Source of the DNA: Candidatus Uhrbacteria bacterium CG10_big_fil_rev_8_21_14_0_10_50_16
GTDB taxonomy: Bacteria; Patescibacteriota; Patescibacteriia; UBA9934; UBA11717
NCBI GenBank assembly: GCA_002774875.1
Contig: PCYM01000001.1
Span: 118,153-182,152, forward strand
Length of the DNA: 64,000 bases
Direction of reading: 5' to 3'
Shown here piece after piece: positions 9,003-17,949 of the stretch. The translations under genes were made by a program, and so were the position numbers. The notes under the pieces were generated by a model. The model was given only the letters and a program-made list of their open reading frames with translations, had not been told where the DNA came from and did not search any database. Numbering within the stretch: position 1 is the first letter of the stretch; every line of letters starts with the position of its first letter.

Positions 9003-9645
9003 AGCTGAGTCGGAAGGGTGGAGTCGCGCCAACGAGTTGCAGTAAACCGGGGTCTGTGCACATGTGGTTGGTGACGAGATCAAACGCCTCCTGAAACGTG
9101 TCGACCGCGTAGGCTTCCTCGTTCCTTAGAATTCGACGTGGACGACCGCCTTCTAGAAACAAGACGAACCCCGTCGGTCGGTAGTGCTTCTGCCTGTGCG
9201 CCCCTACGTAGAGCAGGTAGATAGGCGCTTGCGTGACGCGATCGTCGTGACGAAGATGGACACAAACCCAGAGAGCGCGAATGGCACTGTGCCGCAGATA
9301 ATTGAACATCCACTCCGCATCTACAAGCTCTGTGACTTGGTGAACATGTGTATTGCTGCTTGGCAATCGATAGGCGAGAAGTCCAAAGAGCTCCTGTCGC
9401 GCCTGGCTGTGCACGACGAGTCGAACAACGAGAACAACACACACGAGAGAACAGATAACGAATGTTCCTGCGAGATGCTGGATCTTAATCCAGTCAAAAC
9501 ACCATAGCATTCCCAGAACGATCATGACGCCGATCGCGGACAGTAATACGTCGAGCATGCCGTACAGGGCACGCGTGCTCAAGACACGTTCGCGTACTTC
9601 CTGCGTCCCCAGACAATCCAAACAGACAGGTGTCGCAATTTTCAT
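9001..9645 (-). CDS. ORFan membrane protein (214 aa, 2 TM)
   Basis: GGAGG SD upstream of ATG 9645 and own TTGACA promoter; no family recognised. Confidence 0.7.
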   Translation of the reverse strand: MKIATPVCLDCLGTQEVRERVLSTRALYGMLDVLLSAIGVMIVLGMLWCFDWIKIQHLAGTFVICSLVCVVLVVRLVVHSQARQELFGLLAYRLPSSNTHVHQVTELVDAEWMFNYLRHSAIRALWVCVHLRHDDRVTQAPIYLLYVGAHRQKHYRPTGFVLFLEGGRPRRILRNEEAYAVDTFQEAFDLVTNHMCTDPGLLQLVGATPPFRLS

Positions 9646-9670
9646 GGGTTCCTCCAAACATGACGCCATA

Positions 9671-9699
9671 ATTAAAGTACAAATTGAACGTCCTGTCAA
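9671..9699 (-). promoter_or_regulatory. sigma70 promoter for the ORFan
   Basis: TTGACA-17 nt-TTTAAT on the minus strand. Confidence 0.65.
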
Positions 9700-9713
9700 T
9701 GATACGACAAACA

Positions 9714-9737
9714 AAAAAGACGGTTATCCGTCTTTTT
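9714..9737 (-). terminator. Terminator after ahpC
   Basis: AAAAAGACGG-TTAT-CCGTCTTTTT. Confidence 0.8.
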
Positions 9738-9743
9738 CTGTGT

Positions 9744-10304
9744 TTAGGCCTTTCCGAGCGTTTCTTTTCCTTGCTCCCAGTTGACGGGGCAGAGCTCACC
9801 GGTCTGTAACGCCTTGAGTACGCGGAGCGTCTCGTCGATACTACGTCCCACGTTATTACTGTGAATATTCGCGTATTGCAAGATGCCTTCTGGATCAATA
9901 ATGAAGGTTCCGCGAAGGGCAATTCCTTCTTCCTCGATCAGCACACCATAGGCCTCAGAGAGCTCATGCGTCATGTCGCTCAACAGGGGTGTTTTAAGTT
10001 CACCAAGATCCTTGAGCCACGCTTTGTGCGAATGAACCGAATCGGTAGAACACCCGTAAACGTTGGTATTCAACGCCTCGAACTCCGCGCACTGGTTAGA
10101 AAATCCTGTGATTTCCGTAGGACAGATAAACGTAAAGTCGAGCGGATAGAAAAACAGAACAGTCCATGTTTCGCGCGTTCCACCAAGAGAGATTTTGGTA
10201 AACTCACCATTGCCAAGTACAGCGTTGAGAGTGAATTCTGGAGCAGGCTCGCCAACCTTGGCCGGTTCGTAGAAATAGAAGTCCTCGTTCGTTTCTTCTT
10301 CCAT
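9744..10304 (-). CDS. ahpC: 2-Cys peroxiredoxin (AhpC/Tsa)
   Basis: FFYPLDFTFICPTE, STDSVHSHKAW, RGTFIIDPEG, GELCPVNW; alternative start 10313. Confidence 0.93.
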   Translation of the reverse strand: MEEETNEDFYFYEPAKVGEPAPEFTLNAVLGNGEFTKISLGGTRETWTVLFFYPLDFTFICPTEITGFSNQCAEFEALNTNVYGCSTDSVHSHKAWLKDLGELKTPLLSDMTHELSEAYGVLIEEEGIALRGTFIIDPEGILQYANIHSNNVGRSIDETLRVLKALQTGELCPVNWEQGKETLGKA

Positions 10305-10369
10305 AGCTTGCATTGTTAGGGTTTTTTAGGATAGCATAGGCACTATCAACATCATATTACTCTATTTGT

Positions 10370-11614
10370 ATGAATCGTTTCAAGTTATTAGGGGTAGGAA
10401 TCCTTGGCCTCGTACTATTGGGGGCAGGTTGCGGAACGTCTTCAAAGGGAGCTGTATCCGTTATTGATCAAGATCCAAACGCCACAACCACCGCGGGAGG
10501 GTATTATGAGGAGGTGCAGACTGTTAAAGGCGTTCACACGACGGTGCGACCGACAGATATTCATACGAGCGGACAAACGGCAGATACCTTTCCTATTCTG
10601 GATCACGCAGACTTTGTAACCGTGGAGGAAGCAGAGGCGGAGACAGATTATTTTGACGAGCTGTTTGGGTACGCGGTCGAGACAAACGACGGGCCACGAT
10701 TCTATTCTAGTCAGGTACTTGCTTGGCATAATATTGTCCATGATACGATTAACGGCCAGGATGCTCTTATTACGTTTAGCCCGTTGACGGGTACGGGTGG
10801 CGTCTTTGCTCGAGCAGGGGGAGAAAATTTTGCGTTCAGTGGTCTTGTTTGGAATAACGATGCGTTGTTTATGGATACGGAAACAAAATCCCTCTGGAGC
10901 GCATTGTTGGGTGAGTCGATTTACGGAAAACGTGCAGGGGAATCCCTTGTCCGTATTCCGTTTGAGGTGATGACGTGGAGTCAGTGGAAAACGGCGCATC
11001 CAGACGGTAAGGTGATGTCCGCAAACACAGGGTATGAGCGACGTTATAATTTGAGTCCGTACGGATCCTATTTGCAAACGCGATCAATTTACTTTGCGCT
11101 TTCTTCCCCTTACCAACCAGCACTTGAGCCAAAAGCGGTGATAAACGGTGTCACGATAGATGGATTCTCTAAGGCGTATCAGGAAGGGCCAATCGTCCAG
11201 GCGGCCGATCGCGTGTTGAATGACTTTATTGGAGAACATGCAGTTGTTGCGTGGGCCGACGCACAGAATGTGATTCATGTGCATGAGCGAACAGAGGAGA
11301 CAGTGTTTGTAAAGATTAAGGGAGTGGAATTGGTAGATTCAGAGGACCGTGTATGGTCACTGACCGAGAACGGCGACCTTGTAAACGGAGATCAAACGTT
11401 TGCCTCGTTAGCACCAACCAGTACGTTCTGGTTTGCTTGGAGTGCAACACATCCAGACACGGATTTATACGCATACGTCATTGGCAAGGGGCTCGTAAAT
11501 GGGCCGTATGAGTTACACGAAGGAGAGGGGGTTAACTTGGATGACGGGACAACAAAAATTGAGGTGGGAGACACATCCAAACTTGCTCCAGTAATTGAGG
11601 GAGTTTCTAACTAA
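10370..11614 (+). CDS. Lipoprotein with DUF3179 domain
   Basis: Lipobox LLGAGC; WHNIVHDTING, FSGLVWNND, DTETKSLWS, TWSQWKTAHPD, FWFAWSATHPDT. Confidence 0.75.
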   Translation: MNRFKLLGVGILGLVLLGAGCGTSSKGAVSVIDQDPNATTTAGGYYEEVQTVKGVHTTVRPTDIHTSGQTADTFPILDHADFVTVEEAEAETDYFDELFGYAVETNDGPRFYSSQVLAWHNIVHDTINGQDALITFSPLTGTGGVFARAGGENFAFSGLVWNNDALFMDTETKSLWSALLGESIYGKRAGESLVRIPFEVMTWSQWKTAHPDGKVMSANTGYERRYNLSPYGSYLQTRSIYFALSSPYQPALEPKAVINGVTIDGFSKAYQEGPIVQAADRVLNDFIGEHAVVAWADAQNVIHVHERTEETVFVKIKGVELVDSEDRVWSLTENGDLVNGDQTFASLAPTSTFWFAWSATHPDTDLYAYVIGKGLVNGPYELHEGEGVNLDDGTTKIEVGDTSKLAPVIEGVSN

Positions 11615-12282
11615 TGTCTGCAACGCTTTACATGGTTGCAACACCGATCGGGAACATGAAAGATATTTCTGATCGTACACGGTCGACGCTCTCCAGCGTC
11701 GACGTTGTGTTTGCGGAGGATACGCGTGTGGCGCAGTCGTTGTTGCAAAAACTCGATATAAACACGCCGGTTGAACGGTACGATCACCACAGCCACGATC
11801 GTCAAAGTCCTGCCGTGCTCGCATATTTACAAGGTGGAAAAGATGTTGCCTACGTGTCCGACGCAGGAACACCTGGAGTGGAGGACCCGGGCGGACGACT
11901 CGTAGAGGCCGTCACGCGTACGTTGCCAGACGTTGCTATCTCACCGATTCCAGGCCCGTCGGCGATCATGGCAGCGCTGTCCGTGAGCGGATTTCCTGCA
12001 GATAAATTTGTGGTCATGGGATTTGCTCCAAAGAAAAAAGGACGTCAAACATTTTTTGACACGCTCGCCCAAACAGAGGGGACCGTCGTCTTGTATGAGG
12101 CAACACATCGCATTCAAAAAACGATCGAGGAAATCGCAACAAGACAGCCCGATCGACCGATGTTGATTGCACGGGAGCTCACAAAAAAGTTTGAAACGCT
12201 CTTACGCGGCACGGCGCAAGAACTTGCTGTACGGTTGTCCTCAGAAAATACAAAAGGAGAATTTATCGTCGTGGTATCATAG
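11614..12282 (+). CDS. rsmI: 16S rRNA (cytidine1402-2'-O)-methyltransferase
   Basis: LYMVATPIGN, AEDTR, VSDAGTPG, PIPGPSA, ARELTKKFE. Confidence 0.95.
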   Translation: MSATLYMVATPIGNMKDISDRTRSTLSSVDVVFAEDTRVAQSLLQKLDINTPVERYDHHSHDRQSPAVLAYLQGGKDVAYVSDAGTPGVEDPGGRLVEAVTRTLPDVAISPIPGPSAIMAALSVSGFPADKFVVMGFAPKKKGRQTFFDTLAQTEGTVVLYEATHRIQKTIEEIATRQPDRPMLIARELTKKFETLLRGTAQELAVRLSSENTKGEFIVVVS

Positions 12283-12289
12283 AGACGCT

Positions 12290-13813
12290 ATGAAAACGTT
12301 TTACATCACAACACCGATCTATTACGCATCAGGGGATCCACACATTGGGCATGCGTATACAAATCTTATGGCCGATATTACCGCGCGCTATCATCGCATG
12401 GCAGGTCATCCGGTCTTATTTGTGACGGGTACCGATGAACATGGAATGAAGGTACAGCAGAAGGCACAGGAAGCAGGAAAGTCACCGAAGGTTTTTGTGG
12501 ACGAGATTGCGGCAAAATTTAGGGAGCTTACTGACGTGTGGAATATCACGAATGACGATTTTATACGGACCACGGAGGATCGTCACAAAGAAACGGTTGC
12601 AGTGTTTTGGAAACGCGTTATGGACGCCGGATATATCTACAAAAAGTCTTACGGTGGTCTCTATTGTGTCGGGTGCGAAGCGTTTAAAACGGAAAAAGAT
12701 TTGGTGGAGGGAAAATGCCCAGATCACGATGCAATACCGGAGCCACTGGAGGAGGAGAACTACTTTTTTAAGCTTTCGGCATTCCAAAAACCATTAGAGA
12801 AATTATTTGATGAAGGTGATGCGTTCGTAACGCCGGTAGATAAACTTAATGAGATGCGTCAAATCCTTACCTCTGGTTTGGAAGACATATCCATCTCTCG
12901 ATCAACAGAGAAATTACAATGGGGTATTCCGGTTCCAGGTGACGAGTCACAGGTGCTGTATGTTTGGTTTGATGCGTTAGTAAACTATATCTCTGCTCTT
13001 GGATTTGGACGTGAGGAAAATCGCATGAAGGAAGCATGGCCAGCCGACATTCATTTTGTCGGTAAAGAGATTAATCGATTTCATTCTCTATTGTGGCCTG
13101 CTATGTTGTTGGCTGCCGGTTTGGAGCCACCAAAACAGATTGCCGTACACGGATGGATTACGGTGGATGGAAAGAAGATGAGTAAGACTATTGGAAACGT
13201 TCTTGACCCATTTATGCTCGTAGAGGAGCGCGGGTTGGAGGCGATTCGTTATTTTATGACGCGTGAAATTCCATTTTATCGCGATGGCGATTTTTCCTTT
13301 GCACGTTTTGAAGATCGATACAATAATGATCTCGCCAACGAACTTGGAAATCTGTTGCATCGCGCAGTTGCTATGACGGATCGCTACCTTGCGGGCGTTG
13401 TTCCGGCACGTGCAGATTATGACGTTGCGTCTCATTGGACGGCGTACCGATCGGGAATGGAGAATTTGCGATTTGATGAGGCGCTTGAGGCTGCATGGAA
13501 ATTTGTTCGAGAGCTGAATAAATATATTGATACGAAGGAACCGTGGAAGCTTGGTAAACAGGAAGATAAAACAAGCGTTTCGGAGGTTTTGTATGTATTG
13601 CTCGAGTCACTTCGACAACTGGGATGGATGCTGATGCCAATTTTGCCCGAGACGTCGATGCGGATCTTTGAGGCGGTTGGGACGAGCTTTGAGGAGCAGG
13701 CACAGTTTACGATGTCCGAGGCGGCAAAGTGGGGAGGACTCAAGCCGGGGCTTTCTGTTGTTCCGGGTGAGCCATTGTTTCCACGTCGAGAAGTCGTCGT
13801 TAATAACGCTTAG
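12290..13813 (+). CDS. metG: Methionine--tRNA ligase (short form)
   Basis: FYITTPIYY, HIGH, GTDEHG, YVWFDAL, KMSKT. Confidence 0.96.
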   Translation: MKTFYITTPIYYASGDPHIGHAYTNLMADITARYHRMAGHPVLFVTGTDEHGMKVQQKAQEAGKSPKVFVDEIAAKFRELTDVWNITNDDFIRTTEDRHKETVAVFWKRVMDAGYIYKKSYGGLYCVGCEAFKTEKDLVEGKCPDHDAIPEPLEEENYFFKLSAFQKPLEKLFDEGDAFVTPVDKLNEMRQILTSGLEDISISRSTEKLQWGIPVPGDESQVLYVWFDALVNYISALGFGREENRMKEAWPADIHFVGKEINRFHSLLWPAMLLAAGLEPPKQIAVHGWITVDGKKMSKTIGNVLDPFMLVEERGLEAIRYFMTREIPFYRDGDFSFARFEDRYNNDLANELGNLLHRAVAMTDRYLAGVVPARADYDVASHWTAYRSGMENLRFDEALEAAWKFVRELNKYIDTKEPWKLGKQEDKTSVSEVLYVLLESLRQLGWMLMPILPETSMRIFEAVGTSFEEQAQFTMSEAAKWGGLKPGLSVVPGEPLFPRREVVVNNA

Positions 13814-13815
13814 TT

Positions 13816-14340
13816 GTGGAAAATCTTTTTGACATTGTTGTCTTGGTCGCGATTGGAGGATTTGCTCTCTATGGATTCGCCGTTGGTTTTGTACAGGCGT
13901 TGACGAGTCTTGTGGGGATGTGTTTTTCTATTCTTGTCGCCACACGAACGTACCAGGGAATAACAGCATGGATCTTGCCTGAGGCACTCTCAGATCGGTT
14001 TGGTGTGCAACTATTTGTGTTTTTTCTTATCCTCATCTTTATTACCAGTCTCGTAAATATGCTTGTACGCGTGGTGGACCGTGTGTTTCATGTGGTTGCT
14101 ATTATTCCGTTTACAAAATCATTGAATCGATTGTTGGGCCTGATTCTAGGTTTGTTAATTGGAATTTTGACGGTCACTGCGCTCGTGTTTGCCGCAACAC
14201 AGTTACCAGGATTACCGGAAGCATTTCAACAGGCATTAGATGCGTCAATAATTGCGAGGTGGTCATTCCTCTTGTCGGGGGTCTTGGTTCTGTTTTTTCC
14301 TCAGGCGATCGATCAGGCACGAGAGGCTGTGGGAGTTTAG
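13816..14340 (+). CDS. cvpA: CvpA (colicin V production) family membrane protein
   Basis: DIVVL...GFAVGFV, LNRLLGLILG; four TMs. Confidence 0.8.
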   Translation: MENLFDIVVLVAIGGFALYGFAVGFVQALTSLVGMCFSILVATRTYQGITAWILPEALSDRFGVQLFVFFLILIFITSLVNMLVRVVDRVFHVVAIIPFTKSLNRLLGLILGLLIGILTVTALVFAATQLPGLPEAFQQALDASIIARWSFLLSGVLVLFFPQAIDQAREAVGV

Positions 14341-14341
14341 G

Positions 14342-14350
14342 TGTGGATAA
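14342..14350 (-). promoter_or_regulatory. Perfect DnaA box (TTATCCACA) abutting a promoter
   Basis: TGTGGATAA on the + strand, 4 nt upstream of -35 TTGACC. Confidence 0.4.
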
Positions 14351-14354
14351 CTTG

Positions 14355-14382
14355 TTGACCTACCGTCAGGTTGTGGTAAGCT
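14355..14382 (+). promoter_or_regulatory. sigma70 promoter for the candidate sRNA
   Basis: TTGACC-16 nt-TAAGCT with extended -10 TG. Confidence 0.65.
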
Positions 14383-14388
14383 TCATTT

Positions 14389-14491
14389 GTTGAATAGCTT
14401 ATAGCTCCCGGCAGTTAACCGGGGTTCAACAGGGCGGCTATAGAGCACCTGGCAGTTAACCAGGGCCCAGAACGCACAGGCGTTCTTTTTT
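14389..14491 (+). ncRNA. Candidate ~100-nt structured small RNA with two identical CAGUUAA stem-loops
   Basis: CCCGG-CAGTTAA-CCGGG and CCTGG-CAGTTAA-CCAGG (compensatory change), closing stems, cross-pairing linkers, own promoter and terminator. Confidence 0.7.
14469..14491 (+). terminator. Intrinsic terminator of the sRNA
   Basis: AGAACGC-ACAG-GCGTTCT followed by a T-run. Confidence 0.85.
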
Positions 14492-14508
14492 GTTATACTA
14501 AGCTACCT

Positions 14509-15366
14509 ATGATTGATACACATTGTCATGTTCATTTTCAGGCGTACGAAACGAATGGCGCCGAGGTGATAAAACGCTCTCAGGCACAAGGAGTTGAGAT
14601 GATTACCATTGGCACACAGTCCACAACATCTAAAGAGGCGATCGTAACGGCAGAGTCTCATGAGGGGATCTGGTGCACAGTCGGGTTACATCCAAGTCAC
14701 ACACACCAACACACCCTTCACACCGATCAGAATGAGGCGACTGAGGGACAGGTAGAAAATTTCAACAAGGAATATTATCGCGACCTGATTCAACGCTCAA
14801 ACAAGGTCGTTGCGATTGGGGAGGTTGGGCTAGATTATTTTCGCGTATCGGATGAGGTAGCAGCTGACGTCAAACTCACGCAAAAAATTGAGCTTTGGAA
14901 AGCTATGGAGTTGGCGACAGAGACGGATCTTCCTCTTGTTTTGCATATTCGAGATGCCCATGCAGACATGCAAGCGCTCATTCGCGCCGCACAAGAGAAG
15001 CGGATGATCTCGCGAGGGGCGGTCATTCATTGTTTTACGGGGACAACGGAGGAAGCGCGCGCGTACCATGACCTAGGAATCTACACCTCGTTTACCGGTA
15101 TCATTACGTTTAGGGATAAAAAACACCCGGATCAGCTCACGCCCCTCATGAAAACGGTGCAGGAGTTACCCTTGGAAATGATGATGATCGAGACGGATTC
15201 ACCGTATCTAGCACCAGAACCTCACCGAGGAGAGCAGAATGAGCCGTGGATGGTGCGATTTGTCGCCGAGAAAATTGCAGAATTAAAGGGAATTTCTGTG
15301 GAGGAAGTAGATCGAATCACAACAAACACAGCAAAAACATTTTTTCAACTAGCCGAAAGGTCATAA
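14509..15366 (+). CDS. tatD: TatD-family DNase
   Basis: MIDTHCH, VGLHP, AIGEVGLDY, LHIRDAH, IHCFTG, IETDSPYLAP; extended -10 TGTTATACT at 14491-99. Confidence 0.95.
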   Translation: MIDTHCHVHFQAYETNGAEVIKRSQAQGVEMITIGTQSTTSKEAIVTAESHEGIWCTVGLHPSHTHQHTLHTDQNEATEGQVENFNKEYYRDLIQRSNKVVAIGEVGLDYFRVSDEVAADVKLTQKIELWKAMELATETDLPLVLHIRDAHADMQALIRAAQEKRMISRGAVIHCFTGTTEEARAYHDLGIYTSFTGIITFRDKKHPDQLTPLMKTVQELPLEMMMIETDSPYLAPEPHRGEQNEPWMVRFVAEKIAELKGISVEEVDRITTNTAKTFFQLAERS

Positions 15367-15394
15367 GAAATACACATGTATTGGCAAATTTCTA

Positions 15395-15423
15395 TTGACC
15401 TATTCCGGTTCGCGTAGTACAAT
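15395..15423 (+). promoter_or_regulatory. atp operon promoter
   Basis: TTGACC-17 nt-TACAAT. Confidence 0.75.
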
Positions 15424-15443
15424 CCGCGCGTCTTTTTAGTCAC

Positions 15444-15731
15444 ATGTGGCCAAGTCGCTGTATGGAGAGCCCGGTAAAACGTGGAAATACGCCGCCAGAT
15501 TCAAAGAAACCTGACGCCTACTACGTTCGACTCGCTCTCCGTATAGCCGCAGACTTTGGTGTCTCGATTGCCGTTCCGGCGCTTGTCGCTACATATGTTG
15601 GACAAAAATTAGACACACGGTTTCAAAGCCATCCCTGGTTATTGATTGCGTGCCTCGTTGTCGCCTTTACCCTGACGGCCCATTGGCTGGTTAAAAAGGC
15701 AAAAATCTATCAGAACATGTACGAAGCGTAG
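15444..15731 (+). CDS. atpI: AtpZ/AtpI-family protein
   Basis: Two TMs, FGVSIAVP..YVGQKLD..PW; first gene of the atp operon; start may be 15462. Confidence 0.75.
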   Translation: MWPSRCMESPVKRGNTPPDSKKPDAYYVRLALRIAADFGVSIAVPALVATYVGQKLDTRFQSHPWLLIACLVVAFTLTAHWLVKKAKIYQNMYEA

Positions 15732-15733
15732 AT

Positions 15734-16537
15734 ATGCTACCTCCACTTTCTGCAGAACCTATTTTCTATCTTGCAAGCATGCCAATCACCAATGCGATGA
15801 TTAACGCATTAATTGGTGTTGTTTTTTTTGTGATTTTGGCGCTTGTCTTGTCTCGGAAACGATCCATGGTTCCGCGGGGCATTCAAAATGTTTTTGAGTC
15901 AATACTGGAATTGGGATTGTCGTTTGCGGAACAGGTGACCGGAAATCGAAAGACGGCAGAACGATTCTTTCCGCTCGCGATGACCTTGTTCCTGTTTATC
16001 TTATTCTCGAACTGGATTGGTTTGTTGCCTGGAACAGGATCTATTGGGGTGTTTCAGTTGCACGCAGGGGAGGTTGAATTGATTCCTTTGTTGCGTCCCG
16101 CGAGTTCGGATCTCAATATGACGCTTGCTATGGCCGCGTTATCGATTCTCATGACACATGTTTTTGGTGTGATGGCGATTGGCGTTTGGAAGCATGCGAA
16201 TAAATTCATTAATCTTCGCGGAATTTTCCATGCGTTTAAAAAAGGACCCATGGCCATTCTTGTCTCATTGATCGAGTTTGGCGTCGGGTTGATTGAGTTG
16301 GTGGGAGAGGTGGCTAAGACGCTTAGTTTGTCCTTGCGATTGTTTGGAAACGTGTTTGCGGGAGAAGTTTTGCTCACGGTGCTCGCGGGGCTGTTGGCGT
16401 TTGGATTGCCAATTCCGTTTTTGTTCCTGGAATTGCTCGTGGGTGTCATTCAAGCAACCGTGTTTGCGGTGCTTGTATTGGCATTTGGAGCGGTGGCCAC
16501 GATGTCACCACATGGAGACTCCGAGGAGGCGCATTAA
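15734..16537 (+). CDS. atpB: ATP synthase Fo subunit a
   Basis: SNWIGLLPG, SDLNMTLA, SLSLRLFGNVFAGE, IQATVF. Confidence 0.96.
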   Translation: MLPPLSAEPIFYLASMPITNAMINALIGVVFFVILALVLSRKRSMVPRGIQNVFESILELGLSFAEQVTGNRKTAERFFPLAMTLFLFILFSNWIGLLPGTGSIGVFQLHAGEVELIPLLRPASSDLNMTLAMAALSILMTHVFGVMAIGVWKHANKFINLRGIFHAFKKGPMAILVSLIEFGVGLIELVGEVAKTLSLSLRLFGNVFAGEVLLTVLAGLLAFGLPIPFLFLELLVGVIQATVFAVLVLAFGAVATMSPHGDSEEAH

Positions 16538-16834
<297 letters not shown>

Positions 16835-16918
16835 GTGACCTCAGAGCCCGCAAGGCGGGATTCTGGGCAGAGAAAGTGACCCGTGCGCTTGTTCTGCTCA
16901 GAAGAGATAAGACTACTT

Positions 16919-17566
16919 ATGGAACTACCTATTTTACACATTATTGCAGAGACGTTTATTCAGGTGGCGCATGCGTCAACGACTGTCGCGGAATCCGCGG
17001 AGGTGTTGGATGTGGTCAACCAAGGGTTTGTAGTGGCGACAGAGGTCCCTCATATTGCAGAAGGGGATTTATTAGGATCGTTTGGGATTGACCTCAAGTT
17101 GTTTCTTGCTCAGCTCGTGAACTTTTTGGTGGTGCTGGGTGTGTTATGGATGTTTGCGTACAAACCATTGCTTAAGCTCATGAAGGAGCGCACGCAGAAA
17201 ATTGAGGAAGGTGTTAAGCGTGCGGATGAGATGGATATGCGTATGAAGGCGCTTGAATTAGAACGAGATGAAGTATTGGAAAAGGCACGTTTAGAGGCAC
17301 GAGAAGTGGTAAACGAAGCTGAGAAGTTGGCTGTAGAAAAGGCAGAAGCACTCGTGCAACGATCAAAAACGGAGGTAGGTCGCTTACTTGAAACAAGTAA
17401 GAAGCAACTTGGCGCACAAAAAGTTCAGATGATGCGAGAGGCGCAGGAGGAAATGACAGCCCTTATCCTTACCGTCGCTCAGCATGTTACCGGTGGGGCG
17501 ATCGACGAAAAGGCTGCGGCAAAACAAACAGAGAAGGCACTGACAGATGCCATGAAGAATCTATGA
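16919..17566 (+). CDS. atpF: ATP synthase Fo subunit b
   Basis: GIDLKLFLAQLVNFLVVL...YKPLLKLMKERTQKIEEG followed by a coiled coil. Confidence 0.93.
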   Translation: MELPILHIIAETFIQVAHASTTVAESAEVLDVVNQGFVVATEVPHIAEGDLLGSFGIDLKLFLAQLVNFLVVLGVLWMFAYKPLLKLMKERTQKIEEGVKRADEMDMRMKALELERDEVLEKARLEAREVVNEAEKLAVEKAEALVQRSKTEVGRLLETSKKQLGAQKVQMMREAQEEMTALILTVAQHVTGGAIDEKAAAKQTEKALTDAMKNL

Positions 17567-17946
17567 AAGTAACTGTCGAAGATTACGGTCGTCTGGTCAT
17601 GGAAACCTGTGGAGCATCTGCTGGAACGCAGCTCGACAAACGACTTCAGGAAGTATTACAACTCATGCGGCTGCGTGGGGACGAGCACCTCACTCATCGA
17701 TTGGCAGGTGCGGTCACGCGTGCGTGGGAGCAACAAAATGGTGGCACCGTGTCCATGCAGATGGCAACAGAAGACGAGAAGCTCGTGCAATCTATTGCAA
17801 AGAAACTCAAGCGTCCCGTGGAAGACATTCGCGTGCTCATTGATCCGACGTTAATCGCTGGCGCTCTGGTACGAGTGGGAAACACGGTGATTGATGGGAC
17901 CGTCGCAGGTCAGTTCGATAAGTTGAAGCAACATCTAGCAACATAA
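17563..17946 (+). CDS. atpH: ATP synthase F1 subunit delta (short, divergent)
   Basis: C-terminal IDPTLIAGALVRVGNTVIDGTV; located between atpF and atpA. Confidence 0.85.
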   Translation: MKVTVEDYGRLVMETCGASAGTQLDKRLQEVLQLMRLRGDEHLTHRLAGAVTRAWEQQNGGTVSMQMATEDEKLVQSIAKKLKRPVEDIRVLIDPTLIAGALVRVGNTVIDGTVAGQFDKLKQHLAT

Positions 17947-17949
17947 GGT

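Noticed and set aside
14389-14491. tRNA-Asn gene, mini-CRISPR, guanidine-II riboswitch or type III antitoxin
   Set aside because: No D or T arms or acceptor stem; only two 17-nt units and no cas genes; loops are not ACGR; downstream tatD has its own -10 and is not a known type III toxin
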